DNA of 64,000 nucleotides, taken from the NCBI GenBank assembly GCA_964106645.2, contig OZ067040.1. The stretch is one strand, 5' to 3'. The notes below the pieces were generated by a model. The model was not told the origin of the DNA. It saw nothing but the letters and a program-made list of their open reading frames with translations, and did not search any database. The translations under genes and the position numbers were made by a program. The DNA comes from Podarcis pityusensis. Taxonomy: Eukaryota. Below, one piece after another: positions 1-12,200 of this stretch (position 1 is its first letter; each line of letters opens with the position of its first letter).

Positions 1-243
1 CTGATGGACTTTAGTCTTATCAGTTAGCGCTTGTGTCTTCCAGAACTGGTTTTTTATCTAGCTTGAAATTCTCACATTTGTGAAACACTAAAGCCAATCT
101 GACCAATCTCAGCAAAGCGCAGAGAAACTTGTTTTTAGTTTTTGAGATGTGGCGTTAAACAGTTCTGTTTTATTCTTTAAAACTTTAAATAGAGAACTTT
201 ATTGTATCAAACACTAATCCCCTATAATTTATGTTCAATGCAG

Positions 244-3200
244 CTTTCTAGTGTTCTTTGGGACAAAAACGGTTCACGTTTTTATGCTTTGACCAGCTTA
301 AATCTTTACAAATGGGAAATAGATGATACTACAGAGCGTCAAGTTGTCAGCTGGGATGTAAACAGAATACTTAAAGAAAACATCATGGAATCAATATGGG
401 TAAGAGGCAGTACATTTGGAATGTAAAACAAGTGTTTGCTTTCTTGCTAGCATATTTAATAACTATTATTTGCACAGGGTTCTGAAAGCAACTATGAAGA
501 AATTAAAGGAGATGTCAATGTGCAGTATTTGGATTTGCAGCAAAATCGGTGAGTTCTTATGAGAAAGTGAGGAACCTATTATGAACTAGCGTATACATTG
601 TCCTTTTGTGTCAGGGTCAGTTATTTCAAGCTGCAGAACTGTTACGAGAATCGACATTTTAGAAAATACTTAATTTATTCTTGGTTTTTAAGTCTAGCAT
701 GAGTTGTCCTTGTTTTAGAAGTTCTCCACACAGAATAAGATGCCAATTTTTGTAATTTAATCACGGATCTTCTGTGAAATGCTGTGGTTTCTCCTCCCTT
801 CAAAAACCAAGGAATATGCAAAGGCTTAGCATATAAATGTAATGAATTTGCTTACATGCAGCATGTAAAAAGATGTGTGTGTACATATTCTTAAGATACT
901 ATTTTCTAAGAAAAGCAAAGTGAATGCTGTCAGATAATTAGTAAACTTTGTTTTGCTTCTTGGTATTTCTGATCACAGTTTTGCAAGGCAAATGCTTATC
1001 TCTTTTGTCTTCCAATAAATAGTGATGGATTGGTGATTTTAGCTGCAGCCTGGCATCTTGGTGACAGTCCATGCCTCATCTACTATACTTTAATAACAGT
1101 AGAGGATAATGGTTACCCCACATGTGATAATGTTATTGTGGAAGTCACCCAGTATAATCCACCATTTCAGGTAACTGACCTTATGCATTACAGGGTTTTT
1201 TGTGCCTTATTAGCTATTAGGGCTTGATCCTAAACACACTGTTGGAAATACATCATGCTGACTGTGTTCACCTGTTGCATTAAGGGGGGAAAGGTGGGTA
1301 TAAAATAAGAACAACAACAACCATCATTTATTTTATACATGAACACTTATGTTAGCAGCCTAGAGGCGGATATCAGCCTAAACATATTATACTATTATGG
1401 AAAACTATGTGGAGTTGGCAACACCAACCACAAATGTGTCACTTTCAGCCTGTTTTCCCTGCCCCTTTGGGATCAAGCCGTTAGGCTTCATACAAACGCA
1501 TAGGTGTCATGCTAACAGGTTGAGGGTAATATGCTTTTATAAATGTCGGTGTTAACCCTTAATGAAACATATTTCAGCCTGAAGAACTGATGTGTCGTTT
1601 AGTAGTCCCAAATTTCTCCAGCCATGCTGCCTGTCTTTACACAGAAGAGGAGGTATTTGCTTGCTCAACAGGAACGGGAAGAATTTCTTTGCCCCAGGAG
1701 AAAATGATATTCAGTATTCAAGGTCAGAACCTAAAGAAGCCGGAGCTCTTAATAAGCCAATGAGGGTGTTTATAGTGTCTCTCCAGAATGATTATACTTT
1801 TAAAATTTACTGTATTTACTTTTTATGGAAATGGTCATAGATATAGCAGTGGTATAGATATAGCAGTGATTATTCATCTTGCCATTGACTCACAGTACAA
1901 TCCTATACATGTCTACTCGGAAATAAGTCCCATTGAGATCAATTGGCCTTACTTCCAGGTAAGTGTGTATAGAATTGAAGTCTCAATGACTTAAGCAGTA
2001 ACAGGCCTAACAGTGAAATCTCAGATTTAAGAACAATCCCAATTGTGTTATGTAGAGTTATTATTGTAGGCATAGGAAATAAACTCTGTCTTGTTACTTT
2101 TTCACTTGATAACTCTGAAAACCAGGCCTTACAGCCTTTTAACTTGTGCTTATAACATAGCTTAGCAAATCAAACTTAAGCCCACAGTTTGACATTCATT
2201 AATGGTGTTGAAGTTGTATTGTGTTGTGTTTATTTCCTACCTTAGGTGATAGAATTTTAGGAGCAGGTTCCTGTGCTGGACTTCCAATTTTTTTCACTAG
2301 AAAAAGTGGGCTCGTGGCCATACATTCCAGGGAAAACATTACTGTGCTTCCTGAAGATATTGAGGATTCTTTAGCCTCATCTGTAGCTGAGACAAATGAT
2401 GAGGTAAGGAGGGAAAGCATTGTCTTAATTATCTTAACAGTAAAGATGTATATTCCTGCACTGGATTTTCTTAGATAATTTAGTTATTTCAAAGTTAGCA
2501 TTTTTACTATTTCAAACTACTTTTTTGTGGAAGCATTATTCCTCCCTTTACATTTTTCTCTCTTTTTCAATTTTATTTTAGAGCATTGCATTTGATGCTG
2601 CTTCCAGGATGGATATTATAGCGCAAGAGGATAAGACCAAAATGTTAAAATCTGCTTTCTTACAGTTTTGCAGGTATAAAATTATGTCATGTTTAATATA
2701 CAGTATATTTCATTCTGGGAGCATTGTGGGTTTGTAAAACTAAAGAGAAATATTAACATTTTAGCATTACCTTTTATAGAGGATGAAAGCCAACATAATA
2801 CAAATAGGTATGCCCTGGGTTTTCTTCCTCTCTTCCCTGCAGCCATTTGTGCACTTTCAAAATCTGTAAAAATAGATGGCTTTATGTTCTATGAGATAAC
2901 AAACAATTGGGTTTTGCAGACTATCAAAAGATCTTGTGCTCCTTTCTGTCCAAGTAGTCTGTAATCCCTCCTGTTGCTTGGAAGCCCTCTCCCTTTGCTG
3001 GTCCTTCAATTTGTTTCTTGTCTTCCTTCATTTGGAGCAGAATCCATTTGTTCCTCCTTCAGTGTGCTAATCTTCTCCTTTTAAACCACCTCCCAGCATT
3101 AAGCATATCACGGTGGTTAGATGATTACTGCCCACCCCTGCTTCAACCACAAGACAAATTACACCACCGTCCTCCTCTTCCATCACGGCACAAGTTCACA

Positions 3201-6200
3201 GGAAGCAGATGGAGCACTACCAGCTGAAGCTGTGACTGGGGTTAATCTCCTTTCATGCACCCCTCCAGTAAAGACAGTCACAGCTCCGCTCCTTACATCA
3301 CCTATGGCAGCTTCTGCCTGTTCCCTATCCGATGTCAATATCATTCTCCCACAGTAGTGCTGCAGTACCAGATGTGGTCCCCCAGAGGGCAGAAGATAAC
3401 CATGAAATACTTAGAGAACTTGAAGAAAAAGGCAATATTTTGAATACAGCATTAGCATCTACAACCTGCTGCTGTGGATCCAGTTGATTGGTCTTAGGTA
3501 CCTCTCATCTAGTGCCCTGCTCAGCAGTTTTTCCTGTTTTGTGTTGGAAGCTGCATTTGTCCTCAAGATTGAAGAGGCTGTTGTGGCAGATACAGCTAAA
3601 GAGCTAGTTCCCAATAAGCAGTTTTAAGAGTCTCTAGGACCCTCTCCTGCTCTTGAGGGCCATCCTTTAAGTGAAACCCCGAAGTGTTTGGGTTTTTTTT
3701 TTAAAATAAGTCAGTCCACCCCAGATTCTGTGATTTCTCAGCACCATCTGTAGAGGAATCTTCTGACCCTATTAGCTCACTAGTAAGCACTTTCATAGAA
3801 AAAACACTATTGCATGTACCCTACCCTCAGCCTGTGCAAAGTTGACAGCGTGATAGATTACCCCTTTGCCTTAGAGACCAGCCACCAGACCAAGAGAACG
3901 TCTAAAGGTTCCTGATCCAGAGGGCAAAAGCTGTGAATGCCCTCATAACATCATGGCCTCCAGGCCTCGTGTATACATGCCCTCCAACTCCCCTACTGTC
4001 ACACGTCCTTCATAAAATTCAGTTGGACAGGGTTTAGGTAGTCCTAGCGGCTCTCTGCTGCTGCAGCCAGCCTTGGTTTTCCAAAATTCTCTAGCTGGTA
4101 GAGTATCCACCGTAGTTCCTGCCACTGAAGCCAGACCTACTCTCACAGAGACCCCTATTGCAGCCAGGCCTGACCCGCCTCTAGCTGACTGTTTGAAAAC
4201 TGAACAGAGCGTTTTCCTGAGGGCAGGTTTCCCACCAGAAGTGGCTGCATGGTCCTCAGCAAGCACTTTCGTACACCGTTTCGAACAACTTAGACCTGCT
4301 TGCATCAGTAGTAGCTGCTTTAGGGAAGATGAGTGCTGCGGCACATGCTCCCATTTCACCATGCAGCCACCTGATCGCACCCACAAGACAGCAGTTTTGA
4401 TGCATTCCACTTGACTCACATCCCATGCCCAAGGTAGCCCAGAACCACAGTCTTTATTATGAATGTGGCTTCCAGTTGAGCATTAGCAGGTTCCAATGCC
4501 ACCCACTTAGCTGTCTGCACATACCAATCACCTGAAGGTTTTTTTGGTCTTGAGCATCCAGTTTCAGTGCACACACAGCTAGCCTTGGCTATGTTTCCGT
4601 CTGCCCCTCCCCAGCTCCAGTCCTTTTATGGATGTTCTTCCTGATTCCTGATGTCGTCGTACAGTAGCTTAGCCACAGAACAGAACTGAAGGGCAAGCAG
4701 AAGGGGCTTTCTTGAATATGGGCAGGAGGGATGCAATCACAAGCTTCCTGTCTTCCAAGCAGTTGGAGGGATTATGACCCACTTGGACACCCTCAGATGT
4801 GCAGTTAAAAGCAACATTCCCAGTCAGGACCAGTGTTCCATTCTAAGAGTCAACTCACCAAGTGTTTCCCTTCATTTCAGTAACAATATGAAAGGTGCAC
4901 AAATCATCGTTGCTGAGCTCTTTCCACAGCATGGAGATGCATACCCTGACGCAGACCTGGACAGAGCTGTGTTTCAAATTAGTGAGAATTTGGTGGATGA
5001 TTATCCTACATCTGACCCACGATGGGCTGAATCAGTACCTGAAGGTGAGAAGTCTCATGTGTAAAATGGACATTCTGACTGTACAGCCTTAAGAAAGTAA
5101 GACTGTAAGTTATACTAACTTTTAAACCCCTTTCCTTGTCACTTTTTTTGTACTAAAGCAGCTAGTTTTCCAAATTCTTCCATCATTCTTCTTCATCAGC
5201 TGGAAAATAAGACAAAGGCCCATTCTCTATTCATTGACTTTCTTCGTCAGGTAGGTACCTAATGTTCTTGTGTAAATGTGGCAATATAGGATGTGGCACG
5301 AGTATTTTTATGTACAATTCTCTCTATCCAAGGTGGGTCTATTTGGTCGCCTGGGCAATCTCCCAGTACGGGGCATACCAATGGCAACTCGGTGGTTACT
5401 CTGTGAACATGCAGAAAAGTTAGCGGCAGCTATTGCTCTCAAGAACCATCACTACAGATTGCCAGATGTGGTCAATGCTGCAATAGAGACTGCTTTGATG
5501 AAAAGAGAAGACGACGTTCCGTCAAGTCTAACTCCTGCAGATGTTTTCTTCAGAGAGGTGATATAAAGAAATAATTTATCTACAACCACATCTATCATTC
5601 TCTGTGTGAATAGCATTTCCTAATAAAATGCATGAGAATCCATGTAACATTCTATATTTCTTCTTTTAGATCCATACTTTGGGACGGGGGTGGGAACATG
5701 AATACTTTTCCTTTAGGAAAGTGCCTAATGAAAATCTCCCATGCTTATAGATCCATTCTAAGAATGAAAATTAAATGGCAGAAAAGCTATTTATAAGGTT
5801 CGCGGAGCAATCTAAGCTCCCAGCTGAGAGCAGATGCTCTACCACCACACCTGAAGCCTTGCTGCTCACACATGGCAGGAGGAGAGGTTTTGTTTTTCCA
5901 GCTCCAGGCTAGCGCTTCTAGTGCCTGTGGTAGCTTCCTATGGTAGCTAGTAGATCATCATATCCCCAGCCTTCAGCATCAGGGTGTTTGGTAGGGTGTT
6001 TGGTTGGGTGTATGAATGCGCTTTTAACGTGCTAAGTGAAACACTTAAACTGCTCAGTGCATAAAATATCAGGCTGAATCATTGCTTTTATACCTGATCA
6101 GCAGTGTTAATTGTCAGTGTTCCTTCTTCTTTTCTGTTTTTCAGGTGTCACAGATAGATACCATTTTTGAATGCTTACTGGAAAAGGAGAAGCAAGTCTT

Positions 6201-9200
6201 GAAGGATATGTCAGTTCAATCTGAGGAATGGTCTGAAATAGTCGTCAATGTAAACAATATCATAAAGGTATTACATTTCAAAAATTAAGTAACGGTAAAA
6301 AGTCCACGACCTAGAAAACTGGACGTAATGCACCCAGCTAAATGTTTTAAAGCCCCATTTGATTTCATAGCTTAAATCCTTCCAGTTCCAATAAATTAAA
6401 TTCGAAAAGGGGATCATACATTAATTTAGAGTTTTAATAAGAAGTGGGAGGTTGGACAGTTTTAGATCACAGGCTGCAGTAAAACGAAAATGAAGGACAA
6501 TATTGTTGATTTCCCAAAATCTCTTCCCATCAGATGAAAACAGAAAATTGCAGTAGCAGTAAAATAACTGGTTATTCTCACTACCTGTTGGAAACTACCC
6601 AGAATAAAGGAGGGGAAGATACAGTGTGACTTGGAATCATAATACAGGATACAGAAATGTAAAATGTAATAATACTAAAAAATGATGAGTGCTAATATAT
6701 AGATGAAACTCCCCCAAAATCCTATGTTTGGTAACGTCCTATGTTTTCTGTGTCAATATTCTCTAGGATATGCTGCAAGCTGCTATCCAAGACCGCCAGT
6801 CCAAAGCTGCTTTATATAAAATAAGAGAGCCTCCCGAAATGGAACCAGAATATGTTCCATGGACAGGTGAGAATAGAGAAAATCTTATATGAATGGTTTT
6901 GTAACACAGTATTTCTCTTTCTACATAAAATCCACTGAAGAGTACTTTATTAGCCTTTCAAATTGTTGCCCTTGCTCTTAAATTTCTAACTCAATAGTGC
7001 CATGTTTCATAAATACCTCACTGGTTTTCTTGAACATAAATGTTACATTTTTAGTGTTTAAATATTTCTGTTTATTATATCCTCATCCTGAATGTCTGGG
7101 CTAACATGCTTGCCTGCTTATCATCATTATGGCTTATGTAAGGCCATTACTGCTGTCTGTGCATTCAAACATAAGCATTTATTTACTGGTGCAGATAACA
7201 TTAGGAGGCTAGTAGTGCTGTTAACTTTTAAGATGGTTGCCCTGGAAACTGATGTCAAAACTTACTTGAATTAAATTGTGATTTTTTTTTAATGGCATTT
7301 CGAAATAAATGTGATTTCTCAGCCACAATTTAAATTTGCACCTTGTTTTCTTCCTGGAGAGATCAGACAGGAAAGGACAGATGAGAGCTGAGTTAACCTG
7401 AGGCACAGTCTCTCTCCTACTCGGTACAACACTTGTTCCTGTGAACAAGCCCTAAGCTTATTATAGACTTACATTCCTGCCTGCAATAACTTGAAATCTA
7501 CACTTTCGTAAAAATTGCAAGCAACATCACAGTACAGGTGGCTTTGCAGGGGAAATATCTGATACATTCCCTTGTGCTTTTAAGTTGTTTTGCGCATCAT
7601 AGAATTAAGAGCCTACATGGAAGTTATAACAAATGCTTTCCAATGCATGTGCACATGTATCGTCAAGTAAATCTATGTACCGGATGGCTGTAACATTTTG
7701 CTTGGAAATCCCTTCCATGTAGAATTTTGTAATGCAGGCAGTGACCCTGAGAGACTTTTAGAAACCATGGTTTTAAAGCTGTAAAGGAAAGAAGCCTGTG
7801 TATTAGGTTTTGGTGTAAAGAACAGGATTTTATCCTATTGTTTCAAAAGTTTTCAGATTATTTCATGAGGGGAAAGGTAGGCATGAGGGCATACTTGACA
7901 CTGAGCTCAAGCAGTTGTCTTTTCTTCTCAGCCATAGCCTTGGCTCTGCTAGGATTGTTAATGTGGACGCTTTTCTTTTTCTGCTGTGCAGTGCTGCTGT
8001 TCCACTAAAAGACTTAGGCGGGGGGTTGCTGCTTTGCTATGGAAAGTAGATACGTTTACTTTTTAACGGCCTTTTGTGTCTAACTTCCCCTTGGTATACT
8101 ATCATATGTCATTTTTCAAATTCCATATGCCAAATATAATAATGCCTTAATATTTCATTTTCCGGTCTTCTCAAGCATCCGTTGGTGTGCGAACGACTAT
8201 AATACAGCAACATGAAATCATTCTGAAGAAGGTCTATCCTCAGGTTAATAGTAAGCTTCGTAGCATAGTGACAGAACAGCTGGTGGCACTTCTAGATTGC
8301 TTTCTGGATGGTTACGTTTCTCAGCTTAAATCTGTGGACCGGCCAGAGTACCAAGAACGCTATAACAGTCTGGAAATGGAATACATGCAGAAAAGATCTG
8401 AACTGTTGTCACCACTACGTAAGTGCTGCGGTTATTATACAGGGTGCCATTTAAGTCTCTGCCATGGGTATAGGAAAGCAGGGGAAGAAGGAAATGCTCT
8501 TCTCCTTTCTTTTCTTCTTTTCAATAATGTTTGCCTATTTTTAGCTTTCAACAACATTTCACATTGTGCAGTTTGGTTCTTAGTTTTTCGATTCTAGGCA
8601 ATGTTGAGTTGCTTTTTCTTAAGGGGAAGATAATTTGCAAGGAATTATTAATGAATGAACGAACAAACGAACGACCGAACGTGTGCTTGTATTATTGTCA
8701 GAACCTAATCCTTTGCTTAGGAGTTCCTCCCTGGCACCTTCTCCATGCTAGAGTTTGGCTTGATAGGAATTACAGTCAGGCCCCCTCTGCCCTAACATTA
8801 ACTTTTCCCTTACTCCTCAGTTATAAGGAACTTTGAAGCCCCCCTGCCAACAGCTGTGTCTCCCCAGGTTGTTCCTTGTCTGTCTTATCAGGCTCCACTG
8901 CAGGCAGGAGAAATGGTGTGTTTTGTCTAACTGCAGGCTTGCTTCCCAGCCATTCTCCAGCAGCAAGCTCTGCTTACTGAGGACTTGATCCTGCATCCAT
9001 GCAGGTGGGAAACACAGCGGGCAACACGGTGGTCCCTGGTGGTTCAAAGCTCTTCTGTAGGAGAAAAATTGTATTGTCCTACTACTCCATTATTTGTTGC
9101 TGGGGAGAATGCAGTACCCACCTTCACTCACAGGAACCAAATCCTATTGGTTGAATCAAATTGTCCCCCCACTGACTCTTTGATGTAGCATAGTCTTTCA

Positions 9201-12200
9201 ACTTAATAATATAGAGCCTATGATCTTTCTAATGGCATGTGGAGTATACCCCTTGCAAATTGCTCTAACTTCTTTATAGTTTTTGAAAACAATTATCTAG
9301 CGGCAAAATGCCCTTGAAAGCCACACTCATTGATTTTTTTTTAAAAAAAAAGTCTTCACAAAATGGCCATGTTTTTATTGTGGGTGTTTTTCCTTGTTTG
9401 TTTTTGTTCAGTTTCTCTTGGACAGTACCAGCTGGCTGCCGCTCTAGCAGAAAAATACTGTGACTTTGACATATTGGTACAATTGTGTGAGCAGACTGAT
9501 AACCAGACCAGATTGCAACGTTACATGACACAGTTTGCTGATCAGGTAATGTTCTTTATTTACTCCAAACAACAGGCTGTTAAGTAAGTGTATATTGTAG
9601 GAGAAACCTCAGACTTGCTGTCAGGTTATTTTTCAGAATTATGTCAGTACAGATTTCTTTTTCTGTTAAGCAGCTATCTTATTACACATACAGATAGTGA
9701 CTATCCAAGAGCCTCATAAGTTACAGAGAAAATAACCAAGCTTAGCCATTAGGTGGCTGCATCATGCAACAGATGCTAGGGGAGAATTGAGTTGTTGGAG
9801 AACAGAACTCTGGGTGCTCCATGACTTATGTGTTGCAGTGAGTTTCATCTGTCAATCTGCTCAACTTTGGTATATGGAATGGTGAAGGGGACCCCATTGT
9901 AAACAGCTATTTCTTCACTGATGTGTGAAACAAGTGATAGAACTTTTATAAATCTTTTCTATGCTGAAATGTTAAAACTTGTCCCATTTGGTAAAAATGT
10001 TTACATTTTTAGATTATTATTTTTAACACAAGTTGCCAGTGTGGTGTAGTGGTTAAGAGTGGTAGTCTCGTAATCTGGGGAACCGGGTTCGCGTCTCCGC
10101 TCCTCCACATGCAACTGCTGGGTGACCTTGGGCCAGTCACACTTCTTTGAAGTCTCTCAGCCCCACTCACCTCACAGAGTGTTTGTTGTGGGGGAGGAAG
10201 GGAAAGGAGAATGTTGGCCGCTTTGAGACTCCTTAAAAAAAGGGAGTGAAAGGCGGGATATCAAATCCAAACTCTTCTTCTTCTTCTTGCAGTCTTGCAA
10301 GCTTGACCACATTCTTGCTACTTTTAGAATTTTTCAGATTTCCTCTTCCGTTGGTATTTGGAAAAAGGAAAACGGGGAAAGCTGTTATCACAGCCCATTG
10401 CTCAGCACGGCCAGTTGGCCAGCTTCTTACAAGCTCATGAGCAACTCAGCTGGCTACACGACATCAACAGCAATGATTTTGAAAAGGTAAGGCTTTATTA
10501 AAAAAAGCAAAGTATTTGTAATGGGTAGTTGCTCTGTCCTCGGTAGAGACCCCTTGCAGAGCTAGAGAATGTGACTGACTGTACACAGGTACCCCACTTT
10601 GTTAATCTAAGGAACAAGTGGAGACCTCTGTGTATTTGAACCTATCATTTTAGTGGGATTCTGCAAGCAGAACAGCTTTTCCTGACTTGGTGCAAGTTAC
10701 ATGCACAACAAAAGAAAACTGAAAACCAGCAGTGTGCCTCTGATAGTGCATAGCTTTGTTCAGCATCTCGTACGAAGACCTGCACCGCTTCCCACAATGT
10801 GTGCTAGCACAATGCATTGCATATCCTTTTGCCTTCTGCTGTGTTGTGCTGAGTTTTCCAATAGTTTTTCCACAACAGTTTGTAGAACAACACTGTTATC
10901 AGAGTTTTATTCTGTTCCTGTGTATCTCTGGCTCTTACCCCATGTAAAGTAAAAATAATATGCATAGGAGGCAATTCTGTTCTTTGAAATCTTGACACAG
11001 AGGTAATTTGTAATCTCATCAAATATTTCTAGAACTTAATTGACCTAGCATTCTGTAGTTTTCTTTCTTCACTGAGGTTATTCTGATAGCTTTGTAAATA
11101 TTAAGCTGTTGGGTCCAAGTTAGACAAATGAATGTCTTTGTTTTGTTTTATTTGTTAAAAAGTGCAAAATATAACTTAACTTTTTTTTAAAAAAAGTTTC
11201 CCAGCCTAAATACTGGACAAGTTATAAAATCAGATATTTTAGCAAGCAACTGTTTTTGTAATATCTTTCCTCTTTTCCTTTTTCTTATTCTGGTAGATCC
11301 AGTCACTATTTTAGTGAGTTTCTCTTCTTTCTTAGCATTATAATTTCAGGAGGCGACCATTTCTTACAGGGTTTCTAATCCTGGCCCCCATGAGAGCCAG
11401 TGGAATGAGCATCAACCTGCCCCATTACACCCCCATTCTGCCTTCTTCCTGGTCCAAAAGGACTCACACATTGGTGATTGCATATCAATTGGATGTGCCT
11501 AAAATGGTCACCACCATTCACAATACTGGGGTGTGAATTCTCTTTAGAGCTTTGTTTGAAGAAACATAATAGAAATATTTACCTGAAATCAATGTATTCC
11601 TAAAATACCATTTTTTCATAATAGACTTGCTTTGATACCATTTCTATTTTCAGTGACTTTTAACGTGTGTCCTGTAGTGCAGCTGTTTAACATCTTCCCT
11701 ATCTTGCCTTTTGCATATTGTTATTCTCAGAGTTATATAAAATTGTTCACTGTAGAAGAAAATTCTCCTTGGCCATATCAGAATTTGAACATGTTTATGA
11801 AATAATAACAATATATAATCATCATGCAAATTACTAATGTCCCTGTTATGTGTGTGTGTGTAAATAAACTTACATGTTGAGCTTTATGTCACTTGAAATA
11901 TTAAAAGTATTTTTTGTCAATGTTAGGCTAACCGAACACTGCAGAATTTAGCAAATACAGAAACTCGGTACTTTGCAAAGAAGAAAACTCTTCTTGGCCT
12001 GTGTAAACTGTCTCTACTGGCTTCTGATGTATCAGAAGTGATGCAGAATGAGAAAATTGAAGGTACTATTTTTTCCATTGTAAAGTTTAAAGTAAGTTTT
12101 CTTTATATGGAGATACCCCTTAATTTATTAGATCTACAAGGTCAGTTGTGATCCCAGCAGTATGGTGGTTGAGACACCAATGACAGAGCTTTAGTTTCCA

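Noticed and set aside
10035-10105. tRNA-like sequences (also ~15910-15985 and ~48275-48345)
   Set aside because: These are SINE heads continuing into SINE bodies and tails, not stand-alone tRNA genes.
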